Positions 62,459 to 64,000 of a DNA stretch of 64,000 nt are shown piece after piece. This stretch comes from Enoplolaimus lenunculus (Eukaryota): NCBI GenBank assembly GCA_030248215.1, contig JASANG010003338.1:1-64000 (forward strand), given 5' to 3'. Numbering within the stretch: the stretch's first letter is position 1; each line of letters begins with the position of its first letter. A model generated the notes under the pieces. The model saw nothing but the letters and a program-made list of their open reading frames with translations. It made no database searches and was not told the origin of the DNA. The translations under genes were made by a program, and so were the position numbers.

Positions 62459-64000
62459 ATATACTTTAAAGTTTCGAACTCAACTTTAATTGGGCCTGCA
62501 GTTATTTATGCATGACAATTCGGGATAATTGACATTTATGGACTCTATTTAGGATTTATGAACTCTATCTGCTTACGGATTCTTATTAGGGATACGAACA
62601 CGTATTAATTGACACTCAAAATTGCGACCCCCTCTTATTACCTCCTGTTATTCGTGTCACTACAGTAACTTCCTTAAAACTCAAAATAAATTTTTTGGCA
62701 CATTTATGCCAATTTTGAGGAGCACTAAATTTGTACACATCTTACAAATCATTCACATGTTGTTTTAAATACTTCTACCTTTATTGCTAACTCTGTGATC
62801 TATAAACGTCCTATATATTTAGTTCCACATCTTCTGGCTGCAGCAAAAATGTTAAATCAAAGTTTGACCAATTTTAGGCCGTGAGAAAATTGTCTCGCGT
62901 TCACGATAAACCATTTTATATAATCGGTCTTTGCAGCTACATAGTCTGCTAAAAAGGATTGTCGAGTTTGCAGACTATATATATGTACAAGCCACGCTAT
63001 GTAAAAACCAATGAATATGTTTTTAAATTGGGGCTGTTTTGATGGATAATTGGATGGAACACTGTAATTGCAAACGATGATTTATTTTGCTACTCAAGTG
63101 TTTGTCAATATTTTATATTTTAAATTTTACTCAAGTTTACATTAAGCTGCGAAACGAAAATTTTCAAAGTTTCATAGATTTTATATACGGTTTCGACTGA
63201 CTTTTTAGCGAAAATTTGTGATCCGGGTCGCGATTTCAGCGGTCTGTTGATTGTTTTCAATTGCTTTAAGACCGGACTGAGAGGTTTAAACTTATATTCA
63301 AGCTCAGAGTTTATGCTTAGGCTTATGCTTAGGCCTACGCCTAGGTTGTAGGTAACATTGGGCTGCTCAATTCATTAGTGAAAATGAAAATAGATACCTA
63401 TTTTAACGTTTACACTTTCATTAGATGTGAAAAAGCATATGCGCCTTGTGATTGGTTACTACCTTTGCCATACTGAAATACGATTTGCTGATGTGAATAC
63501 TTTTTCTTGATTGGCTAAATAACCGCCACCTATTGGCTACCTAATAGTTTGTTTTTCTGAGCAACGCCGAATCAAGCAGGATTAGGTGCGCGCAGGACTA
63601 TCAAGCAACTAATCGAAGTCTGTCCCCAACATTACGGTTTATTGTTTATCTAAGGCCAAGCCGAAGTAAGGCTTAAGCTCAGCTTAAGTTAAGCTTATTT
63701 TCATTGTTTTAGTTATGATGGTAATTTTTGACAAATTTTTTATAGGGCAAAGTAAACAAGTACGGAAACGAGTATAGATCAGTACAAAGTTTCGCAGCTA
63801 AAACCTACAACGTTGCATATGCATGTGACAAGTCTACAAAAGCATGGCATGCAGGCCATTAGCATGCTCAGGTTGCAGGATTAGGGGTTAAAAATTTTCA
63901 GGGGCCGATACAAGGGATTCCCATGACCTACATGCAAACTTAAAACCTTTCTAGGAGAGAATTGTCTATGGGGGTTGCGCTGATCCCGTCCGTTCCACCT

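Larger units (their letters stand above)
61757..62665 (+). mobile_element. MITE family A copy interrupted by a nested insertion
   Basis: CTGTAGTGTCCCAAATAAGAGG ... GTTATTCGTGTCACTACAG|TA; colinear with 21165-21575 except for 61995-62458. Confidence 0.8.

Noticed and set aside
61879..62460. 193-aa minus-strand ORF with an internal repeat
   Set aside because: Antisense translation of the dimeric tRNA-like insertion and the surrounding MITE.

Overview
AT-rich eukaryotic (animal-like) genomic DNA with GT-AG introns and many short non-autonomous transposons. I see no prokaryotic operons, CRISPR array or rRNA. The style resembles compact invertebrate genomes such as ascidians, but I cannot establish the species. 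Main content: (1) A giant fold-back palindrome (position 1 pairs with 12124, apex near 6050-6150). Its centre decays into sequence almost devoid of A on the + strand, which looks more like a long-read or assembly artefact than biology. (2) A minus-strand gene that I reconstructed by hand as 17 phase-compatible exons (46365->28164, about 1434 aa). It has N-terminal espin-type ankyrin repeats and a long Ser/Thr/Lys-rich tail with several (T)QT motifs, but no recognisable espin WH2 or actin-bundling module. (3) A candidate divergent two-exon + strand orphan gene (50505-51586, 243 aa) with an MGxxxS start and a C-terminal hydrophobic anchor. (4) A 2.4-kb 50-bp minisatellite rich in Forkhead-type motifs inside intron 2 of the ankyrin gene, other tandem repeats, several MITE families and tRNA-derived elements. 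Most ORFs in the supplied track are spurious.
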